Shown in pieces: positions 38,739 to 50,715 of a stretch of DNA of 64,000 nucleotides. The notes beneath the pieces are model-generated. The model had not been told where the DNA came from. It did no database searches and saw nothing but the letters and a program-made list of their open reading frames with translations. This DNA is from Hydrolagus colliei (lineage: Eukaryota), in the NCBI GenBank assembly GCA_035084275.1, contig CM068756.1, positions 1,240,001 to 1,304,000 on the forward strand, written 5' to 3'. Made by a program: the position numbers and the translations under genes. Position 1 is the first letter of the stretch; every line of letters begins with the position of its first letter.

Positions 38739-41627
38739 CTGTCCCTCACCAGTTGATATGTTTTTTCCTTGCGTAAAGTTGTGATTTTCAAGAAAATGCA
38801 TAAATCAACAGCTGGTTTCAGAACATTTTCGGGCAGAATCTCATCAATAATTTTTGGTCAAGCAAACTAGACCTCTCGTGTTGTGTGCGGTTGGTTTCCA
38901 AGGCATTGCCTGCTGATTGAATAAAATTAAGAGAGAAGTAGTGTACGTGGATCTCAGCAATGCACTAGGTAATCAGTGTTCACTGCCAAGCCCTGACAAA
39001 AAAAATGTCAATCAGGTATCTTCTTATTGAGAGATAATGCATTCCTGACTTAAATTGGGTGAAGTGGTTAAAATTTAGTTTTTTTTACCCAGAATACATA
39101 TATTGTTACTCATTATTCTACTCAACATCGCTCCAGGCACTCAGCATCACTTAAAAAGACAGCAGCCTTTTGTTCATCTGTAGCACTGATGTTAAAAACT
39201 CAAATAATCCAACCTTTATGACATTTTCCCTCTACTATTCCAAGCCGTCTCAAAAAGATTCTAGGTATCGTCATCAATTAGGCTAATGATATTTTTTCCT
39301 GCAGAAATCAGCTCTATCTTTATGGCTCCGTGTAAAAAAAATACCTTTGAGTTGATCTAATTGAATGTGAAGGCTACAGTATATTAGACAGCTTTAATAC
39401 TCATTAGTTCTGATTTTGCAACCTAGGTAGGTCATCAAACAGGCACCAATGAATAAGATTCAAAAACTCGTACCTACATTGTATCCCCTTGCATATGCCC
39501 CAGTCTTATTACTAAGTTCTTGTCAATTTCTATTCGTTTTCAAAGAGCACTGCAGGGATGTTTGCAAGATGCAGAGGTGGCACAGTGTTTTGGGAGCTCC
39601 AACATGGGGGCGATTTAGCTCTCAACGATTCCAATTTTTGCGGACATTCCCATTAAAAGCATTCCCCCAGGGACGCGCTTGCCAGTCTCGGCCAGGTCAC
39701 TGTGGAGAAAGGAAAACAGCCCAGAGAAAGGGTGGTGTGTGTGTGTGTGTGTGTGTGCGCTTTCCTGCAACCTGGCTGGTTGGCCATAGAGCGCAATTCA
39801 TGATAGTTGATAGCCTCTATGGAGATATCCACAAGTTTGACCATCCCACCCTCTTAAACAATGGGAAAAGAAAGAGTAAATGTTGATGGCATCTAATTCA
39901 TGTTTTCTCTTGCAGACTTCTAGTTTAGGACGCATCAAAGTAAAACGGAATATAAGATGCTGGCACTGATTTAATGGAAACTTTGGCTAGTAAGATATTA
40001 AATTCTCAGTAGCTGGTGAGTTAGCTTAACATTTAATTTGGACTTTAGAGACCATTTTAAGATAAATTATTAATGCTATATGGATCTAATGATTAAATAA
40101 TTTTAAAAACAAAACCTAGGTCAGGCCACAGCCAGGACTATATGAACCTGCATTTTATTATAATAATTACACATAAATATTATAATGTATTACAGTTTGA
40201 AGTGGGCAGTCATTTTCATGTCTATAGATATATAAATCATACTACTGAACATTACACATGCAACTTCAATAATTAATAGAATATTTGCAGTTTCTATGAG
40301 ATATTGAAACTAACATTAAAAAAACATTTTGCTCCTTACAGATAAAACGATAAACCAAGGCTCTGTCTACCTAGAAATATATACCAAATTATGTGATGCG
40401 GCTTGATATGTCCACATCAACTTGAAAGGCGCTGTATCGAATGCAAGGTTTATTATTTATTTATTTTAAAAATTGCCTGAGGTAGTGAATACAATACCTT
40501 TTTTATTTTCCTCCTACCTCAGAAAAGGTAGATATAAATATATACACACATATATATTCATTTGAATTCTAGACAAATTAACAAATAAAACTTTTTTTGG
40601 TGGCTTATTTTTGTTCTCCTTTAAATTCTCTTTGCCCTTGCAGCTGCAATTGTCCGACCAATTCATTGTATCACAGATGTATTCCACACATCAAGCACAC
40701 AGAGGAGGAAAAAAAATACTGCTGTTCAAGTAAAGATGTGCATGACCTATTTTTTCAATTTCAGTAATTAGGGAGGCATGGGGCCTCAAGGAATTATTCA
40801 TGAATGTAGGAGCCCCGCTGTATACATTTATGTTAAACATGTCAAAGCCTATCGAAATCATGCCTGCCAGCACTATACACCATAAACACACTTCCATGAC
40901 AACTTTTCTTTGCTAGCAGTCCATTAATACCATCTTTAATAGCTATTCCTCCCCTCCTCTCTCGCTTTCTCTCTCTCCTCTCTCCCCGACTCAAATCAGA
41001 AACGGTCCATTTCACTAATCGCACAACGTTAGGTGAGCAACTCCAACCTTTAGGCCATAGTTTTATAAATATTTTATTTTTAGTGCAAGTAGAAGGAGGA
41101 GGAGGATAGGGACAGCAATGATTAGACACTTTGAGAGCCAGTTCATTGTGACAAACCTTCCACTATTAGTCCAGATAATCGATGGTCTCAGCCATTGCTT
41201 TTGCTGGTGTTATCTTTCATTTTCCTATCGTTCACTCATTTGTTTTCAGGCTCGGTTGTCTTCTCAGCATCTCTGATACCCACTTACTAGGTAGGAGTGA
41301 ACATTTTCTTTCATTTTTCTCTCCCTTTTGTATTCCGAGCGCTGCGGCTGGGTTTTAATGGAATTTTTAAGACGGGGGGGGAAGATCTGGGCGCCTTTTA
41401 AAACATGGTTGTGAGAAAATAACGAATTTACCACTGAGGAAAGGATGGAAGAGAAATATTTTCTCCTGCCATTCCTGCCCTCAACCCCACCCCCACCACA
41501 TACATCGCACCCCATTCACAGAGGAGGCCCAATTTAATATGATTTAGCTTTCCACAGCACCTAGGTCAGGAAGGAGGACGTCTCAAAGCGCTTGAAATGA
41601 ATTGGCCTCTCATTTATATACAATCCT

Positions 41628-41885
41628 ATACTTTACAGTATATTCTGTGAATTGCTTTGAGATGTCTCGAAGAGGTGATATATATATATTAAATGCAAGG
41701 ATCAATGTGATTATTTTCAGGCATTTGGCTACTCAGATTTGAGTGAGACAATCATCTTACAACAATAATATTAATCATCATCCTTACATTTGATATGGAG
41801 CCTTGTCACATCATTGAGACATCTCAAAGCACTTCACAGAATAGATTGTAAAGTGAATTGACTGCGTGTTCAGTGGGCGCAACTT
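41628..41885. mobile_element. Two SINE tail fragments in tail-to-tail inverted orientation
   Basis: A + copy at 41628-41703 and a - copy at about 41775-41885. Confidence 0.8.
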
Positions 41886-41929
41886 TTAGACCAAAATCTT
41901 GGCTCGCTCACTCCCTTTCTCTCCCTCTC

Positions 41930-42115
41930 TTGCAAACTGCTCGCTCTGATATCTCCACGTACAGTGACTGGAGCCCATTGCGGTGTGAAAAGGGTTACAC
42001 CCACCAACACGCATGGCTCCGGTCCACCAATCGGTCTCTCAATCGTGACAACTACAAGAACATGAGGAAAAACCATCATGAAACTCTCTTGAACAAGGCT
42101 GCAGTGTTTTTTCAA
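41930..42115 (+). mobile_element. Possible LINE ORF2 linker fragment
   Basis: ORF 41858-42133 segment LRCEK...AWLRST...YKNMRK....LLNKA resembles the endonuclease-RT linker of L2/CR1 elements. Confidence 0.3.
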
Positions 42116-42338
42116 TGTGCCAGGAAACTGTAGTACTTTGGGTTGGGGGGGTTGGGGGGGGGGGAGGGTATTTGTATCCCACAGGAATTTTTATTTTCAC
42201 TTCTTCAAACATATTTCACTAATTATAGGTTAGTTAATGGGCACTGTTCACATTTTCCACACTGATATGCCAAAAAATTTACATGATGCTCTGCACTTGT
42301 TAATTCAGCTGAAGGATGAAAACAAGGCACAACATAGT

Positions 42339-42651
42339 TATAATAATAATGCTTGCATTTGATATAGTGCTTTTTCACATCTTATCGACGTCTCAAAGCG
42401 CTTCACAGAGTTTACCGTAAAGTGAATTGACTGTATATTTGTGGGTGAAACGTGGCAGCCAATTCCGAACAGCAGCGTCCCACAAACAGTCGTGGATTGG
42501 AAATGACCAATTTTTATTATTGTGTTTTTTTTGGACAGATTATTATTAGCCGTGTGGAGTGAGGAAACTTGCCCAACTTTCTGATCTGCCTGGATTTGAT
42601 CACAAGTCTCACACTTGTAAGGCTCTAACCACTGAGCTACAGGAGCTCCAC
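42339..42651 (-). mobile_element. Near-full-length copy of the same tRNA-SINE family
   Basis: Reverse complement aligns by eye along the whole 55970-56286 copy. Confidence 0.9.
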
Positions 42652-42817
42652 AATATATAATAATGATATATACAGTAAAAATATATAATGTACATATATA
42701 CATATATATACTCACACACACATGCTTTCTGTTGGTAACAATTGGGTTCATTGACAATAACATTATCTAACAGGTGACCAGTGCAGTCATAGGATTATTG
42801 AGGCCATCTGTAAAGGA

Positions 42818-43065
42818 ACATACAGAATCAAACAATATTTACCACACAAACTAGTTATTTGGTTCATTGTGACTCTGCCACCGACTCAAACCACCATGCC
42901 CCTGCACTCTACCTCCAATTATTTAGTATTTATTAAATATTTATTCAAATTCTGTTTAAAGGCTGTTGTTAATTCGCTTTCAACAGCTATATTGGGGTAA
43001 AGCCATTTTCCATTTTCTATCAACCTTCTATGAAAACATAGGCCCTCTCACTCTCTTTCCCTCAC
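42818..43065 (-). mobile_element. Degenerate CR1-like 3' end
   Basis: + strand acatacagaat...ttaccacaca...aattctgtttaaaggctgt...gctttcaacagc...ttccattttctatcaaccttctatgaaaa resembles the reverse complement of a CR1 tail. Confidence 0.5.
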
Positions 43066-43604
43066 ACTTCCTCTTTGCAAAGATACAGGTGGAAACGTAC
43101 AGGTCAACAACAAGATACAAAAAAACATGGCAACGATTGAATGAAAGAGGCTGGGAGGACTCATGACTTGGTCGACTCCAGGTGGAAATAAATTTGCCAC
43201 TTACTTTGACACTCTATTTGTATCGCACGTTTAAAAGACACTCCACAAATTATTGTGCCCCCTTTAAATTCATTTTGCCTTTTAAACGAATTGACTTCTC
43301 AATCCACAGCTGGGACTGTGCATTAAATTCACAAGCTGGCTCCAAACCTCGTTTAACAGCAAGTCACTAAAGTAGTGGGATTGTTTAGCTCTATGTCTCA
43401 ATATAAATGTTTTTTTTCAAAAAAAAATACATGTACAAAATTGCAGCAATAAAACATGTGCTTTGCTTGAAGTCCACACAGCAGGTCTCTAAGTGTAGCG
43501 TTGCTGCTATAAACCAGCACTTTGGTTTCACTAATTCACTAAATAGAACGAAAAGAATGAAGGGATTCAGAGGTCACAACACCGAGGGTTACTTGGGGTC
43601 TGCA

Positions 43605-43700
43605 AGATACACAGTCAAAGTGCGGTAAAGTCTTGTGAAGCACTTTGAGACATCTTCCCAAAGTGAAATGGGCTGCGTCAAATGCTATTATTATTATTAA
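43605..43700 (+). mobile_element. SINE tail fragment
   Basis: tgtgaagcactttgagacatc...tcaaatgctattattatt. Confidence 0.7.
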
Positions 43701-45299
43701 TACTGTAATTTTAGGATTCTGCGTTTTGTATATAGTGAATCCGCAAGTTTTATACAGTATTATCTCCATATCTCCATGTCCAACTTATGTGTTGGGAGGG
43801 AGGGAGGGAGGGAGGGGGGGAGGGTAGAGAAGGGGAACAAGATTCCACTAAGGAAGGGGGACTGATAATACTGCTGGAAAAGGCGTGCCCGTTTTATCGG
43901 GTTTTTAAGTCATGAGTGGAGAAATGAAAAAACAACAGCAACAAAATTACATTCGTGGAGCGCCTTTCACATCGGGAGGACGTCCCAAGGCGCTCCCAAA
44001 ACCTCCACCATTCCCGGTTCATGTGTGAAAGGAAACATTAACAAAAGTTTTCCTTCCAAACATTCAATTGCACAGCTTGTAAAAATCGGAATGAATGTTC
44101 ACACCCGTGCCCTTGAGGCTTTCAGTGTAAGTGTACCCCATGTCTGTGCGGGGCGAGGCGGAATCTTGGCTGTTCAAAAAAAAAATAGTGTAAAAAGTGC
44201 AAATCTAAGTCCGCATGTATCGAGGGTATCGCGTGTGACAGACACTGCATGCGTGGAAGCTGTTTCCTGGTGTGGTCAAAACCCTGTGCAATTTGTGTGA
44301 ATCCTGCATGCTTTACCCGTTGCACTGTATACTCTATAAAATAACAGCATGATTACAGGCTGTGTAACACAATCTTAAAGAGTGCAGTTCATACCGTCAT
44401 CTTAACCGCTTAATTTTGTTACAGCTTTGTAATGCAGTCGACCCAGCTGTTACTGGATATAATCCTATGTTACAACACCTGTACATAATTGCAAATACAT
44501 TTGTACTCACAGTGTTGTTTTTCTCGTTTTTTTAAGATGCCTCAAATTTAAAAAAAATGCCCCATCTCAGAGGCAGCGGTGGACCAGAGATTCCGCGGCT
44601 AACTCCAGATATCTTTTCACAGGACAATGGAATACGCAGATACGCTAATATTATTCATGAGTCGCAGAGGAGGTAATCATGTGGAATATGAGGGACAGAA
44701 ATTCAGAGGTAGCCGGGCTAAAAATATTAATAGCAAAAAAATGTTATTTCTTCAACAATGTGAAATACGAAAAGGACCATCAAGACCTTTGTTAAGTTGC
44801 GCTCTGGAGTAAATGGAATTAAAGTAGAAGCCATGTTGAATCCTTCAGCAGATTGCTCTATGGAAGATAATAACACGCAGGTGAAAAAAAACTATCTCTG
44901 AGTTTGTGTTGTTTAGTTTGATTCTTAATAACTCTCACTAATCTTTAAATGCTCACAAAACTTCATAAATCATTTCATTAAAGCAATGTATCATATTAAT
45001 AAGGTTTTATGCATTTTCTATCATCTGATAAAGCAATTTTCATCTGGAAGGATTGCTGTGCAATCACAAAGCATTTCGTGTGAAAAACTAGTTATTATGG
45101 AAATTGTGTTATCAGAGAATAATTTTTCGCAATGCAAAAAAATGAGCCCAAGACACAAGTGAAAATTTAATAGAAGCTTGGCATTGGAGTAAGCAACTAA
45201 ATTATGGAGAATGCTATGGTGATATTTTAGATCAATTTCAGGAAAATTATTTTTATAAATTGACTGGCATTATGAATGGAAACTGGCGTCCGCAAAAAT

Positions 45300-45545
45300 A
45301 CCTTTAGCCCGCTCTAGAATTGCGTCTTGGACTCCATCCAACTTGCTTCCCTCCTGCCTCTCTTCTTAGGCATGTCTCAAAACGTACCTCTCTTTGACCC
45401 CAGTTTCAGTCATCTTTCCTCTTCCCCCTCATTCCCCACTCCCCCCCCAAACCTCCCCCACTCACTCTGTTGCCAATTCAGCACTGTAAAGCACTTTGAG
45501 ACGTACTCCTGACATGAAAGGCGCTTTATAAATGTAAATTGGATT
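45300..45545 (+). mobile_element. L2-clade LINE 3' end sharing its tail with the SINEs
   Basis: ctcaaaacgtacctc (LKTYL motif), then tgtaaagcactttgagacg...tgaaaggcgctttataaatgtaa. Confidence 0.6.
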
Positions 45546-46600
45546 GCATCCCAAATACTAGTGTTTCCAGCCCGGTGACCATGATGATATTTAAGCTATA
45601 TTTTTCCCTCTTCCATAATACAGAGATGCTTTCTGATTGAAAGATTCCAATAGCTGCAAGTGTTATTGAATAAAGACTGCGTGATTATCACGTTTAAAAA
45701 GAGTAATAGTTTATATGCACCCTCTTTAAATATGATGAATATTTAAATGTTTCATGAATAACTGATGATTTTAATTAATGTGGTTGCTATCCTATGCTTT
45801 CTGACGTTGCTGGACTGTGCCTATCTGTCATTGTTAGACTGCAACTGGCCCTGATGTCTTTTCAGGTGATATTATACGGCCCCGAGGGTGATAATTTACA
45901 CCAGTCAATATGAAAGCAGCAATAAAATACACGTGAATGTGTCTTTATGTTACAGCACTCAATTCATTCACATCCAAGTCTTGGCTTTTTCTCCACTTGA
46001 GTGAGATGGTCAAACTATTTTCTTTCAGACAAAGCTGCAGGATAGCAGTTTATATTTATAGCACAGGCTTAATTAAAGTTGCAGTACATGTGCCTTTACT
46101 AGGTCTGTTAGAGATCTACGTTGATCGGACAGACCCACTGGTGACAATTACCTACACACTGAAGATAATCTGATAGGAAACTAAGCAAAATGAGCATGGT
46201 CTCGGTCGTCAACTCTCAGAGCTGGATACGTATGAACTGGGAGGACAACAGAAATCCAGACCCTCTTCAATATCTGAGGAGCAGCTCCATGTTGATCAAG
46301 CCATTGATCTTAAGAGAGCAGGAGCTCTGTGTGTAAAAGGGAAAATCCAAAATGCTGGCTTCAAGACTCCCAACCAGAGGAAACATCAGAACGAGGCTCC
46401 ATGCATCAAGTTTAGATTTTGCCTGGTATTAATGCTTGCAAACTCTTTATCGATCACTTTGCCATAAAGGAGGCAATAAACCAATTCATACAATGGGGTT
46501 GGCAAAGCTGAAATGCCAGTTGCTCACTACTGGAGGACCCGTTGGAAGTAAACTCAAGCCACTGAGAAACAGAAAGGAACCATCACACCTCTTGTCTTAC

Positions 46601-46708
46601 CTGTTTCTTTGTTGGGCTCCTTCTCGCCTCCATTGTCCTTGTCTTTGGTAGAATCTTCTGTTTCCTGGTTAGACTCAGTTGGCCCCTCCACATCTTCGCT
46701 GGCTTCCT
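46601..46708 (-). CDS. ZFHX3: ZFHX3 internal exon (108 nt, EEASEDVEGPTESNQETEDSTKDKDNGGEKEPNKET); absent from the ORF track
   Basis: Acceptor ttctacaaaacag|AG, donor ACAG|gtaaga, symmetric phase 1. Joins in frame to 26151 and resembles mammalian EEAIEDVEGP. Confidence 0.88.
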
Positions 46709-46816
46709 CTGTTTTGTAGAAACCAAAGCAAGTGGAGGTTAAAGAATTTTTTTTTTTTAGAAAATGATACGCCTTTAAAACCAGCCAGGGAAAAGGAAAT
46801 AATATTTTTTTTAAAA

Positions 46817-47142
46817 CCTTGCATTTGACATATATAGCATCTTATCACGTCTTCGAGAGGTTTCAAAGTGCTTCAGAGAATGAAATGCCTCCGTTACGCT
46901 AAGTGTTGTTCTGAGATGTGACAGTTTATTGGGGCAGCAGTTTTTTCGATTGGGGGAAACTGATCACCCACAAAGTACTTACCTATCTTTCTATTCAGAT
47001 GCCAATAACCCCATTCCACCCACTCTGCCCCAGTTTATTTCCACAAGAGCCTGGTTTTATTTCAGATTCCCAGCAATTAAGCGTTTTGAGATGTCCAGGA
47101 GATGTGAAAAGCGCTATATCAAATGCAAGGATTATTATTATT
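46817..47142. mobile_element. Two SINE tail fragments in inverted orientation
   Basis: A - copy at 46817-46880 and a + copy at 47079-47142. Confidence 0.8.
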
Positions 47143-48407
47143 ACGGTAATAATCATTTTGCGGGAACTCTTTTCTTTTGCTCAGCCTGACACGTGGCAAA
47201 ATCCCATCACCTTGTTTGAAGAGTATCCAAACTGGACAAAGACTTTCAAATATGTATGCCACCAAACACATGGAAATTTGTGCCTGGATTTGAACACCCC
47301 CTCCTTCGCTCCCTCTCTGATTTGCTTTCTAAGCTCCACTTTTGACAGGAGATTGGCCCAGGAACAATTGAGTGCCTTCACTGGATTTTTACCAGGTCAC
47401 AGAGGCCAGCAATGAAAGGGAAGCTTTTGCGGAGGGCTTGTTTGTAAGGAGCCGAAAATGAAGTTTGCGATCCAAATCTGTGTTGCAAAATCTTTGCGTG
47501 CGAAGTTGGCAGACTGGATACACACAGTGGCGTACATTTCCACGTATTGACCTATAGGTGTCACCCTCAGCAAACAGACATACTGCACAAAGTTAACCTG
47601 TTTCCACAGATTCCTCCCTCACCTCCCCTTCCCTAACCTGCGCACATTCTGATAACTCCTCAGCATGCCGTCTGGCTTCGCCTGCATGGATATGCAGCAT
47701 GACAAAAACAAGCTGCTTTAGAACTGAAAATCTTAACAGCACCTTTTATTTCCCCCCCGTACTGTAGTGTTTGGGCTGTAGCAATGAATCCCTTTACAAT
47801 CTCTCGTTTCGCAAACGTGGAATCCCAGTTTCTGCAGCGCCTTTCAGATCCACATCCCGATGGAATCCATCAAACAGAAGATATTTTGGCACCTCTTGCT
47901 CCACCGCGCGGCAGTGATTTTTAAACACGGTTTTGGGATCTCGCAGAGAGCAATACCACTGCAAGGGTTTGGACTCTTGCTCGCGATCCAAAACAACGCA
48001 AAAAAATGTGTCAATTTTACGAAAAAGAATAAAGAGACTCGAACGTTTTCGAAACAGGTATCGCAGGAAGTTTTGCTTCAAAGAAAAAAAAAAACGTGAA
48101 ACACAAACACTGCATGAAGCAACTCAGAAAGGTCAACGGTGGCTTTAACATCCACATTTCATCTTTATTTCCGGCCAGTAATATATTTCCACGGAGGAAG
48201 CCCTCCCCGCAGAGCTCCCCCACCCCCCCACACACCCACCCCACATAGTCACACACTTAACCTCCCACATCAAGCCACGACTCACACCTCGGTCTGATTA
48301 AATTCCACCACAAACTGAACTAACAAACTCCCCTTTGTAAAGAGAACCTAAGATTTTAATAGCTGTACTCTATTTTACCTACATTTTATATTGAGAATCT
48401 CTGCTTT

Positions 48408-48655
48408 TTTTTTGATGTAGCGCCCAATCGCATCTTCGGGACTCCTCATAGTGCTTCACTGAATAATAATCCTTGCACTTGCTATAGCGCTTTTCAAGTC
48501 TCATAGCGCTTCACAGAATATACTGCCTCAGAATATACTTGACATGATATACAGTATTTACTGTATATTTGTGGGCGAAACGCAGCAGCCAATTGCACGC
48601 CAGCAGTGTCCCTCAAACAGTTGTGGATCGAAATGACCAATTAATTGTTGTTTTT
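48408..48655 (-). mobile_element. Tandem SINE fragments (tail, then tail plus body)
   Basis: Two successive tails, then gtgggcgaaacgcagcagccaattgc...gaaatgaccaatt. Confidence 0.8.
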
Positions 48656-49414
48656 TAACTGTACAATATACTGTGCAACAACAACATCTTGCACATATAC
48701 AGCGCCCTCCATCCCTGGTAGCGTCTCAGAGAGCATAATAGTGGCGGAGCCTGATTCCTAGCATTGGGGGAAGATGTCGGTTGAGGGATTGGTGGGGGAG
48801 GATGGGGTTCTGTCAATTCACTGTAAATTTTATATTGTGGGTGTGTATGTATATATATACATACATAAATCATACAAAGCTTCCAATCTTCAATGGTGTG
48901 GCTTGCCCTGTTTGGTGATTGTGCCTTCATAGTAAAGGGGGTGGGGGGGGGGGGGGAGAGAGTTTCCCTGCTGCATTTAACAATATCCCAGTATTTAAAA
49001 AAAATATAAAGCCTCCGCTGATTATTGAAGTGACATTCCTTGCGCCTTTTTGGATTGTAACAAAATGAGAAACGACATGCACAACTGGCAGAAGTACGCT
49101 CAGAGAGGGCGAGTGCCAGCCTCCACGCTGTGAGTCTTTCATGCATAGTCCAGGGGCTTTTTTTTTTTTTTTTGTGGATCCTGAGCTCCAGTCGTCGTTC
49201 TCCTCCTCATCCTCATCCTCCTCCACCACCACACATCATTCCCTGACTGGTGCAGCACGACCACAGTTTGTGGCAGAGGCTGTGACGCTCTCTCGCTCTC
49301 GGGTCTCTCTTTCTCTTTGGACGTACCTAGCCTGCGGACCCCCGCAAACTTTTTATTTCCCCACGTCCCCCGAAACATTCAAATGCGAAGGAGAATTACG
49401 AAAGCGGGAGAGAA

Positions 49415-49416
<2 letters not shown>

Positions 49417-49461
<45 letters not shown>
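49417..49461. repeat. (GA)n microsatellite
   Basis: Direct reading. Confidence 0.95.
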
Positions 49462-49467
<6 letters not shown>

Positions 49468-50607
49468 CGAGACCGAAAAAACAAACCAAACGCACTCTCT
49501 TAAGGTAGCAGTCGGAATTTATGCTTGCTCTTAAAAGCAACGTTCATTTTTATTTCCCCGAGTTGCATCTTTCTGGACTGATCTTAGTGTGTGTTTCAAT
49601 TCAAAGTAAGAATCCCAGACATGCCTCTCCTTACATCATTACTAAGTCTGACCTTAGACTGACCCTTGGAGCTGTTAGACTAATCTAAATGTGAATGAGC
49701 ATTTTGTGCCAATGCTATGAAGGGGCTGAATCCAGCAAACAGCAAAAACTTTAACACATCAAGTTAATCACAAACAGCAGTGACTGGGGCTCTCAAACAA
49801 TGACAATCCTCCACTTCCCGAAGAATGAAACAATTCCGTCAATGCTTTAATGTACGTCCTTATTAAGGACAATATGCAAAGTCAGGTCGGGTCGGGTCGG
49901 GTTGGCTGATTTGAGATTTTTGCTCATTAGGGTCTCCAGCTGTTAAGCGAGAAAGGAAAGTAAGTATTCTTGAGGTACCTCACCAAGCGCAAGATCTGAG
50001 GAAGGCAGTGCAGCTGCTGAAATCCTGGCACAGATAATCTAATCTGTGTAAACACCCCAGTCAGATGGTTGCACAGACTTACTGTACACTATAGTGACTC
50101 TGGATGACCCAACATTGTTTCAATTAAAACGCTTTTATATATCTGCCGGTATTTCACAGTGAGGATTTTGATTGCCTCTTCCATCAGTTTTATGTACGTG
50201 GTCTCAGGTCTGCAGAGCAAGGCTGGATGGAGAAAAGAATGCAGTGGGTACTGCATTATACATTGGGTGGGGGACGACGACGACGACAACAGTGGTCAGG
50301 GAAGTACATTGCACAGGGGTGGGTGGGGGGGGCTTTGTCAAGCAAACAATATATTATTGGTGGTGCGGATGTGGAGAGATCGCAAGGCTTGCAAACTCTC
50401 CTGTGGGTAAACTGCGGGCTCGATAAGGGCATTTTATAAACTCACGCCTACTTCAGAGGTGAACTTGCTGGGTCAAGAGGCAACGTTTAAACCAGCTAGC
50501 AATCGGCAACTGCATCTGGTTGTCAACAGCCTTGTGTTTTTTCTGTCGAACGGCCCCCTTGCGCATTCAGCATCCGTTATGTGGCTCACACAATTTGTTG
50601 TGAGGAT

Positions 50608-50715
50608 ACTAATAATATTAATAATACAGCGCCCTTTTCACGTTTTCAAGACGTCTCAAAGCACTTCACAGGACGCGCTGTGAAGTGAACCGACTGCATG
50701 CTTTGCGGGCGAAAT
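50608..50715 (-). mobile_element. SINE tail fragment
   Basis: cagcgcccttttcacg...gacgtctcaaagcacttcacag. Confidence 0.8.

Noticed and set aside
48927-49232. Acidic ORF with EEDEDEEEND
   Set aside because: Arises from a GAG/GAT simple repeat and a homopolymer run; it does not resemble the missing upstream ZFHX3 exon.
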